From NCBI GenBank assembly GCA_029247685.1, contig JAQWKT010000013.1:10048-74047 (forward strand): a DNA stretch of 64,000 bases. The letters run 5' to 3'. Shown piece after piece: positions 19,224 through 27,925 of the stretch. Within the stretch, counting starts at the first letter, position 1; each line of letters opens with the position of its first letter. Source of the DNA: Crocinitomicaceae bacterium. Lineage in GTDB: Bacteria > Bacteroidota > Bacteroidia > Flavobacteriales_D > Crocinitomicaceae. Position numbers and translations under genes: made by a program. Under the pieces are notes generated by a model. The model saw only the letters and a program-made list of their open reading frames with translations, searched no databases and had not been told where the DNA came from.

Positions 19224-22058
19224 CTATGCTTTAGGTGAAAACCTTTTTTTAGCAGTAGATCCAAACACAAATCCACAACCTAGAAATAGCAGAATAGATC
19301 CAATTAAAGAGATAGTGCTTGCGGTATAAAAGGTTTGTGGCTCAAACCTCCATTCAATTTTGTGTTTTCCAGCTGGAATAATAGCGCCACGTAAAACATA
19401 ATTAGCTCGAAAGGTTTCCACTTTTTTGCCATCTACATAACAATTCCATCCATCTGGATAATAAATTTCACTAAAGATTGCAGGAAGAGCAGATTTTGAA
19501 ACCGAAGAATAAGAGATTTTATTGGTTCCATAGGATGTCATGTATATTGAATCTTGTGGATCTTTTACCCAAGAAGATTTTTTAATTTGAGAAGAAGGAA
19601 CAACTGCTTCCTTTTTAAGATCAATTTCTTTAAGCGCAAGCATTTCTTTATTTGCCGAACCGACAGGTTTTAACTTTTCGACAAACCAACAATTCCCATT
19701 TTTATTGGTGTTTTCTACTGGGTCAATCTCCTTATTTGTAACGACATATTTGGTATTTAACATGTTTAATACAGGTGTTGTTGCTTTTATGTTTTTAACA
19801 GCGATGGTGTCGTAGATAAACTGCATTTCCTTTTTTTGTTGCTCTTCGGGTAAAGATCTAAGAGAGGCAAGTTTAGTACTCATGCGATACATATTAAGAA
19901 GATTGTTTTTTTCTTTTCCTATCTGTTGTGAGATCAATTGTATTTCATTAGAAATATAAAACTCGATAAGTTCTTGGTATCGTTTTAGTTTAGCACCATG
20001 GTAGCCACCGATGCTTTTATGGTAATAACTGGTATTAGACTCGTTAAAAGGATTATTTAAGTGTAAGACTCTATAATTAGAGTTAAGGTTTAACGTTCCA
20101 AAATCAGCAAGGTTTTTAAGGTCCTCTTCATCTTCCATTAAATTATAGGGTTCATTGTTCACCATTTTGCTTTTCAAATCCGTGCTCTTTTTATTAAATG
20201 CAGAAATGTTTTTCTTTTCCTTATTAAGGACAAAAAAGTCTGCTTTTTTGGGTAGACCGGGTGTTGCTCCGAGAGAGGATTCAGTGTATTTTTCATATCC
20301 ACCCTCTTCGTTTTCTTTGTTGCTCAAATATCGCTTACAAACCGAAAAGTTATCTCCCAAAACTGCGATTAAAGCAATCCCGATTAGAACATGTTTTGAC
20401 ACCTTAAAATACAGGGTGGACAAAATAATTCCGCAAGCAATAAAACATAAAAAAACAAATCGTCCAGCATCTGCTTTAAAAAGTTCTTTTCTAGCGCTTA
20501 TTACCTCTTTTTTTATTCCTTTAATGTATTCAACCTGTTGAGAGTTATCTTTTGATTTTTTTATTTCCTCATTAAACATTTTCCCTTCTTCTTTTTTCAT
20601 AAAAGAACCCGAAAGACCCGGAGAGAGATAAAGAGTCATTCCAAAAACTAGCAACAAACCACTTGTTATAAGAAGAGGTTTTTTCTTTACAGATAGAGCT
20701 TTTGGCATAAAAAAGGATTTTTTTTCTACTTCTAAATTTTCTTGTGTTGGTTTTGGAAAGAAAAAACGATCTAAAAATAGCACGCCAAGCGCAGGAACCA
20801 TAAATTGCAGAAGCACTAAAATCATTTTAGAGTCTCTAAATTTTCCGTATAAAGGAAAATGCTTAATAAAAAAATCATTTGTGGTGTCAGCCTCTTTTAA
20901 AGAAAGCGTTAAGCAAAGCAAGGTAATTGCAAGAAAAGCCCATTTTACAGGATCTTTGTAAAACAGAAATCCAAAAAAACAGAAAACAAACATGACGGCT
21001 CCAAAATAAAAAGCTCCACCACTCATTCTTTGCCCTCCCCAATATCTATCCATTTGTGACACTTGTTCCACATAATCTTCATCGACGTTTTCCATTGCTT
21101 TTTCATCGGAACCCAAGTAGTCGTTATTTCCGCCTCTTGCGTTTGGAATCAAAAGAGAAAGCAATTCTCCTTTTCCATAATTATATTCAAGTATATAGTC
21201 TTTGTTAAGGCCTTTTTGAGAGTTTTTATCTTTTGTTTTCTTATTTGGTTCTATAGTAAGCTCTGTTTTTCCTCGTGTAGTATGTTTGCTATACTCAAGC
21301 GTAGAGGTAAGGTTGGTTAGATTAGGAAGAATGGCCAAAACCACCCCAATTAATAGAAAAGCAATCGTTTTCCCTAACGTTTTAAACTCTTTAAAAACAA
21401 GAAGACGAACCGCTTCTCCAATACCAACAGCAACTAATAACCATGCAAGGTAATAGGTCATTTGAAAGTGATTTGCCATGAGGTTTAAGCCAAGAAATAA
21501 ACTAAAAACTGTTGCGCCAAGCAATAGATGTTTTCGGAAGGCCAGAATAAGCCCTCCAACTGTTGGAGCAATATATGCCACCGCATTCATTTTGGTGGTA
21601 TGTCCAGCACCAATATAAAGAACATGAATCGTTGAAAAGCCATATCCAATTGCTCCCAATATACCAATCCAAGGATTTACTCCAACGCAAAGTGCAAAAA
21701 TGTAAAAGCCAAGCATGGTGGTAAATAAAATAGCAACTGGTTTTGGAAGCCCCATTTTGATAGTTTGATCAATGTAGGATAGCCAGTTGTTTTTGTTTAC
21801 TACCGAAATTTGATAAGCAGGCATCCCTCCAAACATGGAATTTGTCCATAATGGTTCTTCTTCATTGGTAGTTCTATAGTGATCTATTTCTCTAGACATT
21901 CCTTGAAATTTTCCTGAATCGGCTTGATCTAAAGAATAATTATTAAATACTGGAGAAAAATAGATAGAGGATAAAATAGCAAACGATACAATTGCAACGA
22001 AATGTGGCAAAAGCGGTTTTATTTTTTTTAGAATAATTTTTGAATCCATTTGGTGCAC
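19224..22058 (-). CDS. YfhO-family large polytopic membrane protein (putative lipid-linked-sugar-dependent glycosyltransferase)
   Basis: 944 aa with many N-terminal TM helices, a large extracytoplasmic C-terminal region and a final TM. It resembles the YfhO layout of Bacteroidota. Confidence 0.55.
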   Translation of the reverse strand: MHQMDSKIILKKIKPLLPHFVAIVSFAILSSIYFSPVFNNYSLDQADSGKFQGMSREIDHYRTTNEEEPLWTNSMFGGMPAYQISVVNKNNWLSYIDQTIKMGLPKPVAILFTTMLGFYIFALCVGVNPWIGILGAIGYGFSTIHVLYIGAGHTTKMNAVAYIAPTVGGLILAFRKHLLLGATVFSLFLGLNLMANHFQMTYYLAWLLVAVGIGEAVRLLVFKEFKTLGKTIAFLLIGVVLAILPNLTNLTSTLEYSKHTTRGKTELTIEPNKKTKDKNSQKGLNKDYILEYNYGKGELLSLLIPNARGGNNDYLGSDEKAMENVDEDYVEQVSQMDRYWGGQRMSGGAFYFGAVMFVFCFFGFLFYKDPVKWAFLAITLLCLTLSLKEADTTNDFFIKHFPLYGKFRDSKMILVLLQFMVPALGVLFLDRFFFPKPTQENLEVEKKSFFMPKALSVKKKPLLITSGLLLVFGMTLYLSPGLSGSFMKKEEGKMFNEEIKKSKDNSQQVEYIKGIKKEVISARKELFKADAGRFVFLCFIACGIILSTLYFKVSKHVLIGIALIAVLGDNFSVCKRYLSNKENEEGGYEKYTESSLGATPGLPKKADFFVLNKEKKNISAFNKKSTDLKSKMVNNEPYNLMEDEEDLKNLADFGTLNLNSNYRVLHLNNPFNESNTSYYHKSIGGYHGAKLKRYQELIEFYISNEIQLISQQIGKEKNNLLNMYRMSTKLASLRSLPEEQQKKEMQFIYDTIAVKNIKATTPVLNMLNTKYVVTNKEIDPVENTNKNGNCWFVEKLKPVGSANKEMLALKEIDLKKEAVVPSSQIKKSSWVKDPQDSIYMTSYGTNKISYSSVSKSALPAIFSEIYYPDGWNCYVDGKKVETFRANYVLRGAIIPAGKHKIEWRFEPQTFYTASTISLIGSILLFLGCGFVFGSTAKKRFSPKA

Positions 22059-22135
22059 TTTATTATGTTGTAAAAATAAGGGTAAAAATCACAAAATAGA
22101 AAAGAATAAAAAAAACCGATTTTAAATGGAACAGC

Positions 22136-22169
22136 TTTAAAAAAAGAAAACCGGCAAAGCCAGTTTTCT
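22136..22169 (-). terminator. Rho-independent terminator downstream of the chalcone-isomerase-like gene
   Basis: Minus-strand AGAAAACTGGC-TTT-GCCGGTTTTCT (one mismatch) followed by a T-run. Confidence 0.6.
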
Positions 22170-22196
22170 TGAAGGTTTATAGAAGAACAAAAAAAA

Positions 22197-22781
22197 TCAG
22201 ATTTTGCCTAAAATTTGTTGTTTTAATTTTTTACTAGCTGGTTTATCTCCAATCCAGATTCCAAACATTGCGCTTTTGAATGGACAAACTCCAAGTTTTT
22301 CAGATGGAATTTCTTTTATTACCCCTCGTTTTTCTTTGTTTTTGTAGAAAACAGTTCCTATCCCAGGCTTATAAACCATTATTATTTTATCGCCCTTTTT
22401 AAAGGGGTCGCTAAAAAATTTCATGAATTGATTTATATTTTGTGCGGTTGCTCCAGGAGATTTTTCAAATCCTTCTTTAACAGATTCTACAAACTTGTCA
22501 CGAGTAACTTTATTAGAAACAATTTCAATTTTCATGGCCATTTCTTCATCTGCAGTCATTATTTTTTTTGCATTCATGGAAGGGTTTCGAAGATACAGGC
22601 CAACCACGTAAAGATCAATGGTGTACTTTTCTCGAAGTCCACCACCATTTAGCGTGACTACTTTTTTGTTTATTTTCATGATGGTTGGAAATTCTACTCC
22701 AGCAATCGTTCTTTTTTGCGCTTCTGCATTATTAAGCATTCCAATAAAGAGGAAAGCAGCAAAGACATTAAATAATTTCAT
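22197..22781 (-). CDS. Chalcone isomerase-like family protein, secreted
   Basis: Signal peptide followed by IDLYVVGLYL, the CHI-like fold signature. Length about 194 aa. Confidence 0.6.
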   Translation of the reverse strand: MKLFNVFAAFLFIGMLNNAEAQKRTIAGVEFPTIMKINKKVVTLNGGGLREKYTIDLYVVGLYLRNPSMNAKKIMTADEEMAMKIEIVSNKVTRDKFVESVKEGFEKSPGATAQNINQFMKFFSDPFKKGDKIIMVYKPGIGTVFYKNKEKRGVIKEIPSEKLGVCPFKSAMFGIWIGDKPASKKLKQQILGKI

Positions 22782-22850
22782 ATATATAATTTTATTAGTT
22801 ATTTTTGGATATAATCAAAATTTATTCCATAAACGTAAAAATAGTATATA

Positions 22851-23258
22851 ATGATTAAATTTCTAAACTTATTTGTTGTTTGTTGTGCATTAGCTTTTGC
22901 ATCATGCTCACAAACAGATGAAGCATCGTCTAATTCCACAAAAAATAAAAGTGCTAAAAAAGAATGTTCTAAAAAAGGCTGTTGCAAAGATAAAAACAAC
23001 AACTCTACTTCTTCTAAAACAGAATGTTCTTCCTCTAAAAAGAAGTGCTGTTCCTCTAAAACAGAATGTTCCTCCTCTAAAAAGAAATGCTGTAAAGACT
23101 CCTCTAAAAAGGGTAAATCTTGTTCGGAAGGTAGTGAAAAAAAGTGTTCCTCAGAAAAAGGGCATTCTCATGAAGAAGCAGGGCATCATCATGGAGCAGA
23201 CTCTAAAAAATGTTGTGGAGGAAAATCGGAGAAATGCTGTTCTTCTAAAAAGAACTAA
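22851..23258 (+). CDS. Cys/Lys/Ser-rich lipoprotein with a His-rich patch (metallothionein-like, function unknown)
   Basis: Lipobox AFASC. There are about 16 Cys in the roughly 115-aa mature part, mostly as CC or xCS pairs. The unit SSKTECSSSKKKCC is duplicated, and there is an HSHEEAGHHHG patch. Confidence 0.6.
   Translation: MIKFLNLFVVCCALAFASCSQTDEASSNSTKNKSAKKECSKKGCCKDKNNNSTSSKTECSSSKKKCCSSKTECSSSKKKCCKDSSKKGKSCSEGSEKKCSSEKGHSHEEAGHHHGADSKKCCGGKSEKCCSSKKN
23010..23093 (+). repeat. Direct tandem duplication, 2 x 42 nt, inside the Cys-rich lipoprotein gene
   Basis: TCTTCTAAAACAGAATGTTCTTCCTCTAAAAAGAAGTGCTGT is followed by TCCTCTAAAACAGAATGTTCCTCCTCTAAAAAGAAATGCTGT. The copies differ at three synonymous sites. 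Confidence 0.85.
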
Positions 23259-23671
23259 CAACTTTCGCTTTCTATATAAGATTGTAAAATAAGTGTAGCG
23301 CTTATTTTATCTACTAAAGATTTTTTTTGTTTTTGTTTTTTTGAGAGTCCCGATTGAGAAATTACTTGGCTTGCTATTTTGGAGGTAAATCTTTCGTCTA
23401 CAAGAACAACACTTTTGTCGGGAAATTTTTTTTCAAGAACTTTTTTTAACTCCAAAATATTTTCGCCAATTTCAAAAATGGTATTATTCAATCTTTTAGG
23501 AAAACCCAGTGCTATAAGGTCTATTTCCTCCTTCATGAAAAGAGACTGTAAATTTTCCATTAAACTCACTGATGGAATGGTTGATAAAGGAAAAGCAAAG
23601 GTTTTTGATGTATCGGAAATTGCTATTCCACTTCGCTTTAATCCAAAATCAATGGAAATAATCTTCCCCAT
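23255..23671 (-). CDS. ruvX: Holliday junction resolvase-like protein RuvX (YqgF)
   Basis: MGKIISIDFGLKRSGIAISD and VDERFTS. The start is chosen at the third Met of the ORF, which gives a typical length of about 138 aa. Confidence 0.88.
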   Translation of the reverse strand: MGKIISIDFGLKRSGIAISDTSKTFAFPLSTIPSVSLMENLQSLFMKEEIDLIALGFPKRLNNTIFEIGENILELKKVLEKKFPDKSVVLVDERFTSKIASQVISQSGLSKKQKQKKSLVDKISATLILQSYIESESC

Positions 23672-23710
23672 CTTATAAAGATACATTTCATTTTTTAACA
23701 AGCAGATATT

Positions 23711-24067
23711 ATGAATCAAAATATAGGACTTTATGGAGAAAAAAAAGCAGGGGAATATTTGATAAATAATGGATATGAAGTATTACATACAAACTTTAAC
23801 TTTAATAGAAAAGAAATAGATATTATAGTACAAAAAGATCAATTTTTGATCGCTGTTGAGGTGAAAACACGTTCGCAAAACTCCATAATAGAACCTTGGC
23901 AAGCAGTGAATAAAAGAAAACAACAAAATATAATAGAGGCAATGAATGCTTATGTTAAAACAAATAAAAAGAACCTGTCGGTTAGGTTTGATGTCATATC
24001 CATAGTTATAAAAGAAGATAAATGTGTTTATAATCATATTAAAGATGCATTTTATCCAACATTTTAA
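23711..24067 (+). CDS. yraN: YraN-family endonuclease (UPF0102)
   Basis: GEKKAGEYL...GYEVLHTNF....EIDIIVQKD..LIAVEVKTR. Length 118 aa. Confidence 0.85.
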   Translation: MNQNIGLYGEKKAGEYLINNGYEVLHTNFNFNRKEIDIIVQKDQFLIAVEVKTRSQNSIIEPWQAVNKRKQQNIIEAMNAYVKTNKKNLSVRFDVISIVIKEDKCVYNHIKDAFYPTF

Positions 24068-24084
24068 TTGGTGTTTTTTTAATA

Positions 24085-24092
24085 TATCTTTG
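24085..24092 (+). promoter_or_regulatory. -7 promoter box (TATCTTTG) for the rluB-like operon
   Basis: Exact TAnnTTTG match, 17 nt upstream of the ATG at 24110. Confidence 0.4.
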
Positions 24093-24109
24093 TCTTAATA
24101 TTTTATAAA

Positions 24110-24970
24110 ATGACTGCAGGAAGAAAGCCGACAAGATCGAATAGAAAAAACAATTCCCAATCCAATAAAAGCACAAAAAAAATAAGCTCAAGAGACAAAG
24201 GGAAATATATAGACTATAAAGACAAAAGAAAAAAAGGAGACCCTCTTCCTAGTTTTAGAGAAGATGCAATAAGGCTGAATAAGTTCCTTTCTAATGCAGG
24301 GATATGCTCTAGAAGAGAAGCGGATGTGCTTATTAAAACAGGGGTTGTTAAAATTAATGGCGAGGTAATAACGGAACTAGGATATAAAATAAAGCCTGGA
24401 GATAAAGTTCAATATGACGGTGAAACCATCAAAGGAGAAACAAAACGGTATGTACTTTTAAACAAACCCAAGGGATTTACCTCAAAACTAGACTCTACTC
24501 AGAAAAAAACGGTTTTTAGCTTAATAAAAAAAGCATCAAAAGAGCAACTTTATCCTGTATTTAAAATGGAAAAAGACACTACAGGTTTGTTGCTTTTTAC
24601 AAATGATGGAGACATGTATAAAAAGCTAAATCATCCAAGATATAAAGCAAAAAAAATATACCATGTAACATTAAATAAATCTTTTGCAAGAGAGGACTTA
24701 CAAAAGCTAACTTCAGGGGTTTCTTTAGATGATGGCACGACAAAGTGCATTTCTGCAGAATTTGTGGATGATGGGTCGGAAAACGAAATAGGAATAGAAA
24801 TAAGTACTGGAAAATCTCAAATAGCTAGTCGTCTTTTTGATGCTTTAGGATACAAAGTAATAAAACTAGATTGTGTTTCTTTTGCGGGGTTAAGTAAAAA
24901 AGATATGCCTAGAGGATATTACAGACATTTAACAGAAAAAGAAGTTTCTTTTTTAAAAATGTCACGATGA
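24110..24970 (+). CDS. rluB: Pseudouridine synthase, RsuA/RluB family, with a basic N-terminal extension
   Basis: S4 domain (IRLNKFLSNAGICSRREADVLIK.G.V.ING). Catalytic region KDTTGLLLFTNDG. Confidence 0.85.
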   Translation: MTAGRKPTRSNRKNNSQSNKSTKKISSRDKGKYIDYKDKRKKGDPLPSFREDAIRLNKFLSNAGICSRREADVLIKTGVVKINGEVITELGYKIKPGDKVQYDGETIKGETKRYVLLNKPKGFTSKLDSTQKKTVFSLIKKASKEQLYPVFKMEKDTTGLLLFTNDGDMYKKLNHPRYKAKKIYHVTLNKSFAREDLQKLTSGVSLDDGTTKCISAEFVDDGSENEIGIEISTGKSQIASRLFDALGYKVIKLDCVSFAGLSKKDMPRGYYRHLTEKEVSFLKMSR

Positions 24971-25758
24971 AGCCCCTTGTTTTTCTTTGTTTTTTATTCC
25001 TTGTTTTTTCTTGCTCGGATTATTCAAATAAAAAAGAATTAAAATCAATTTCAAATAGAAAGAGTAATTCCTTAAATACAGAATCACAAAAGAGCAAAGC
25101 GTTTATTGGCGAAAAAATTTCTGGAGAAGCATTGCCTCAAAAAACGCTCGATTGTTTTTATCCGATTGATACGATTGCTAAAATTTACGTTTATAGAGAT
25201 GTTGTAGGTGGATTAGAAGAGCAATTTCATCGAGTTCAGTCTTTAATTTCAGAAAAAGGAAATCATATAGTGGTTCAGGTTTATTCGTCTGACATACGTC
25301 TGCTAGAGACCCTTAACTACTTTTACCCTTCTCTAGAGATATATGATCACCTTGTAGCAAACAGAAAAAAAGAGAGCGCAAGAGCAGAGGTGTTTAAAAA
25401 TAAAATGTTTCCAAAAACAAATAAAGACAGCGCAGTTTTTGTGTCTCGTTTCCCAGGGCATTTAGACTCTACTGTGATTATAAAAAAAATTAAAAGAACC
25501 GTATTAGAAAACAATGAAGAAGAATTAGTTATACTAAAAACAAAAATTAAAATTTTGTCTTATTTGGATTCAATCTCTTATATTATTTTAAACCCATTTA
25601 CAAATAAACAAGAACCGATATCAGCGCAACAAATAACAAAATATGGAAAAGGAATAGGGCTTGTGGAATGGCATCTTCCAAATAAAAAGTCTTATTTTAG
25701 ATTAGAAAAAATTATTGAGGAGAAAGAGTGGCTTCAAATTAAAAACATAATGCAATGA
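24967..25758 (+). CDS. Hypothetical lipoprotein
   Basis: Signal peptide plus lipobox (LVFSCSD). It forms an ATGA overlap with the rluB-like gene. No recognisable family. Confidence 0.5.
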   Translation: MKPLVFLCFLFLVFSCSDYSNKKELKSISNRKSNSLNTESQKSKAFIGEKISGEALPQKTLDCFYPIDTIAKIYVYRDVVGGLEEQFHRVQSLISEKGNHIVVQVYSSDIRLLETLNYFYPSLEIYDHLVANRKKESARAEVFKNKMFPKTNKDSAVFVSRFPGHLDSTVIIKKIKRTVLENNEEELVILKTKIKILSYLDSISYIILNPFTNKQEPISAQQITKYGKGIGLVEWHLPNKKSYFRLEKIIEEKEWLQIKNIMQ

Positions 25759-26666
25759 GATTCTTTTTTTTATTACTAATGATTGGCATTTATGGAGGGG
25801 GTATTTCTCAAAAAAAATTCCCAGGAAAGAAAAGAAAAATCAAACTTCCTAAACCTATAAAAACAAAGCACTCCGCGGCTAAGGGTACCCTTTTTGCTTA
25901 TTGGGGATATAACAGAACGGCTTATTCTAAAAGCAACATAACCTTTGTGGGGCCAGGCTATAGTTTTAAAATGAAAGGCGCTCGTGCCCATGATAATCAA
26001 AGCCCATTTAGTTTCAAAACGTATTTTAATTTAGCTAAATTATCGGTTCCTCAATTTAATGCTAGAATTGGGTATAATTTCAAAAATCATTGGGCGGTAT
26101 CTCTAGGATATGATCATTTGAAATATATTTTTGCAGACAAAAACAATGTTTTGCTTTCTGGAAATATTACCCCAGGAATTGACAATGTAACAGGTTGGTC
26201 GGGTGTTTATAATCAAGCACCTATAATTACCGATAGAAACACTTTTCATTATGAAAACTCTAATGGCTTAAATTATATAAGGCTTCAGTTTTCAAGAATA
26301 GACCAATTGTTTAGTTTGGGAGTAAACAAATGGTTTGCTTTATCGACAACAGCGGGAGCCGGGACGGGGGTTCTTTTGTCTATTTCTGACTTTGATTTTG
26401 CAGGAAAAAAAGACACGCAAATAACCTCTTTGTCAGGTGTTGGTATTTCAACCCATGCAGGTTTTCGCTTGGAATTTTTTAAACATTTTTTTATTCAACC
26501 AAATGTTAGTGCTGGGTTTATGTATCAATCAAGAGCGAGAACAAGAAAAGAAGACATTGGAGCATATGCAACCCATCATTTTGGGTATTTAGAGGCAAAT
26601 TTAACCTTTGGAGGACTGTTTTATATAAAACCCGTTAATGGGTGTGACAAATGCCCTCAGTGGTAA
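25755..26666 (+). CDS. Hypothetical outer-membrane beta-barrel-like protein
   Basis: Signal peptide, alternating hydrophobic beta-strand pattern and a C-terminal aromatic residue (…CPQW). It forms an ATGA overlap with the upstream gene. Confidence 0.45.
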   Translation: MRFFFLLLMIGIYGGGISQKKFPGKKRKIKLPKPIKTKHSAAKGTLFAYWGYNRTAYSKSNITFVGPGYSFKMKGARAHDNQSPFSFKTYFNLAKLSVPQFNARIGYNFKNHWAVSLGYDHLKYIFADKNNVLLSGNITPGIDNVTGWSGVYNQAPIITDRNTFHYENSNGLNYIRLQFSRIDQLFSLGVNKWFALSTTAGAGTGVLLSISDFDFAGKKDTQITSLSGVGISTHAGFRLEFFKHFFIQPNVSAGFMYQSRARTRKEDIGAYATHHFGYLEANLTFGGLFYIKPVNGCDKCPQW

Positions 26667-26674
26667 AATAAATT

Positions 26675-27925
26675 ATGGAAAAAAGAAATATTCCTAAGTG
26701 GTTAAAAGACTTGCAAGAAAATTCTTGGGAGCTAGAGCTTCTGATTTCTGGTGGTGCCATTTTTACATTGTTTCAACTCACTGAATCTTTTATTTTATCA
26801 ATTGATAAATTTAAAATGATAAGCCCCGTACTTGGGACGGGTATTGTATTTGTTATAATTTCAATTGCACTAAAACTTTTAACGCTTGGCTTTATCGCTC
26901 ATTTGTGTTTAAGGGCTTATTGGCTAGCACTAGTTTGTATTAATTATGTATATCCTAACGGGATTAATTTAAATAAAATTAAGAGGACAAAACCATATAA
27001 AATAAAAGTGAAGGATGGAGATGACCTTCAAAAACAAATAACCACTGTAGATAAGTATTGCGGATCTGTAATTTTTATGTCCATCACTTCTGTTTTTGCA
27101 ATAGCAGGCATAATCTTCAGTTTTCTAATAATATTGTTGTTTTATTTTATTGGAGAAAACACATTAACACCAGAAAGTCAATTCAACTCGCTATTTTTTA
27201 CATTTCTGTTTATTGCTTATTTGACTTATTTATTAGACTTTCTATTCTTTGGGTTTTTAAGAAAAACCCCTTTCATCTCTTATTTAACTTATCCTTTGTT
27301 TCTTTTTTTTGATGCCATTTCATTTAGAAAAGCATATCAAAATTCTTTATGGATATTTACGACCAACATTAATAAAATAAAATTTGTTTGTGTTTTTATG
27401 TTGTATTTTTCTTTTTCCGTTTTATGGGCTTACTTTTCAATCGGCAAGGTATTAAGATGGGAGAATATATTTGATCAAAGAGAGTTTCTAAATCGCTTAT
27501 CAAAAAATGAATATATATCCTATAAATATTATATGGATGAATGGGGTGATTACGATTACATATTTCATGTTGGAATAAGCTCAAAAAAACAGCATACCAA
27601 TTTCATGGAAGTCTTTATAAGATATGACAGGTATTATGATGATCTTATACATGAAACATCAAAAACAGACTCATTGAAATCTTTTGATAAATTAATAAAG
27701 GTTAAGATTAACAATCAATCCATCGAGAACATTATATGGCACCCAACAATTAAAAAAGATAATTTTAGAGGAATTACGGCTTTGATTCCTATAAAGGAGT
27801 TCAGCGATGGGGAGTATGTTTTAAAAATAAAATCTTCTGTTTTATTGTACAATTCTTTTTTAGAGAAGGGGTGTAAAATTCCATTTTGGATAGATCGAGA
27901 CAATATTGAAGTAAATATTAAATAA
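26675..27925 (+). CDS. Hypothetical polytopic membrane protein with a C-terminal soluble domain
   Basis: At least six hydrophobic helices in the N-terminal two-thirds. No recognisable family. Confidence 0.5.
   Translation: MEKRNIPKWLKDLQENSWELELLISGGAIFTLFQLTESFILSIDKFKMISPVLGTGIVFVIISIALKLLTLGFIAHLCLRAYWLALVCINYVYPNGINLNKIKRTKPYKIKVKDGDDLQKQITTVDKYCGSVIFMSITSVFAIAGIIFSFLIILLFYFIGENTLTPESQFNSLFFTFLFIAYLTYLLDFLFFGFLRKTPFISYLTYPLFLFFDAISFRKAYQNSLWIFTTNINKIKFVCVFMLYFSFSVLWAYFSIGKVLRWENIFDQREFLNRLSKNEYISYKYYMDEWGDYDYIFHVGISSKKQHTNFMEVFIRYDRYYDDLIHETSKTDSLKSFDKLIKVKINNQSIENIIWHPTIKKDNFRGITALIPIKEFSDGEYVLKIKSSVLLYNSFLEKGCKIPFWIDRDNIEVNIK

Noticed and set aside
20155-20541. A 128-aa antisense ORF inside the YfhO-like gene. 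Similar antisense ORFs occur at 48346-48717, 61847-62239, 34860-35204 and 39214-39468.
   Set aside because: These are opposite-strand ORFs inside strongly supported genes. They show no motifs and have the composition typical of AT-rich antisense frames. They are most likely spurious.
22897-23292. A 131-aa ORF in an alternative frame overlapping the Cys-rich lipoprotein gene.
   Set aside because: It lacks a signal peptide or any motif. Its openness is a by-product of the low-complexity AAA/TCT-rich repeat. The 22851 frame has a canonical lipoprotein signal.
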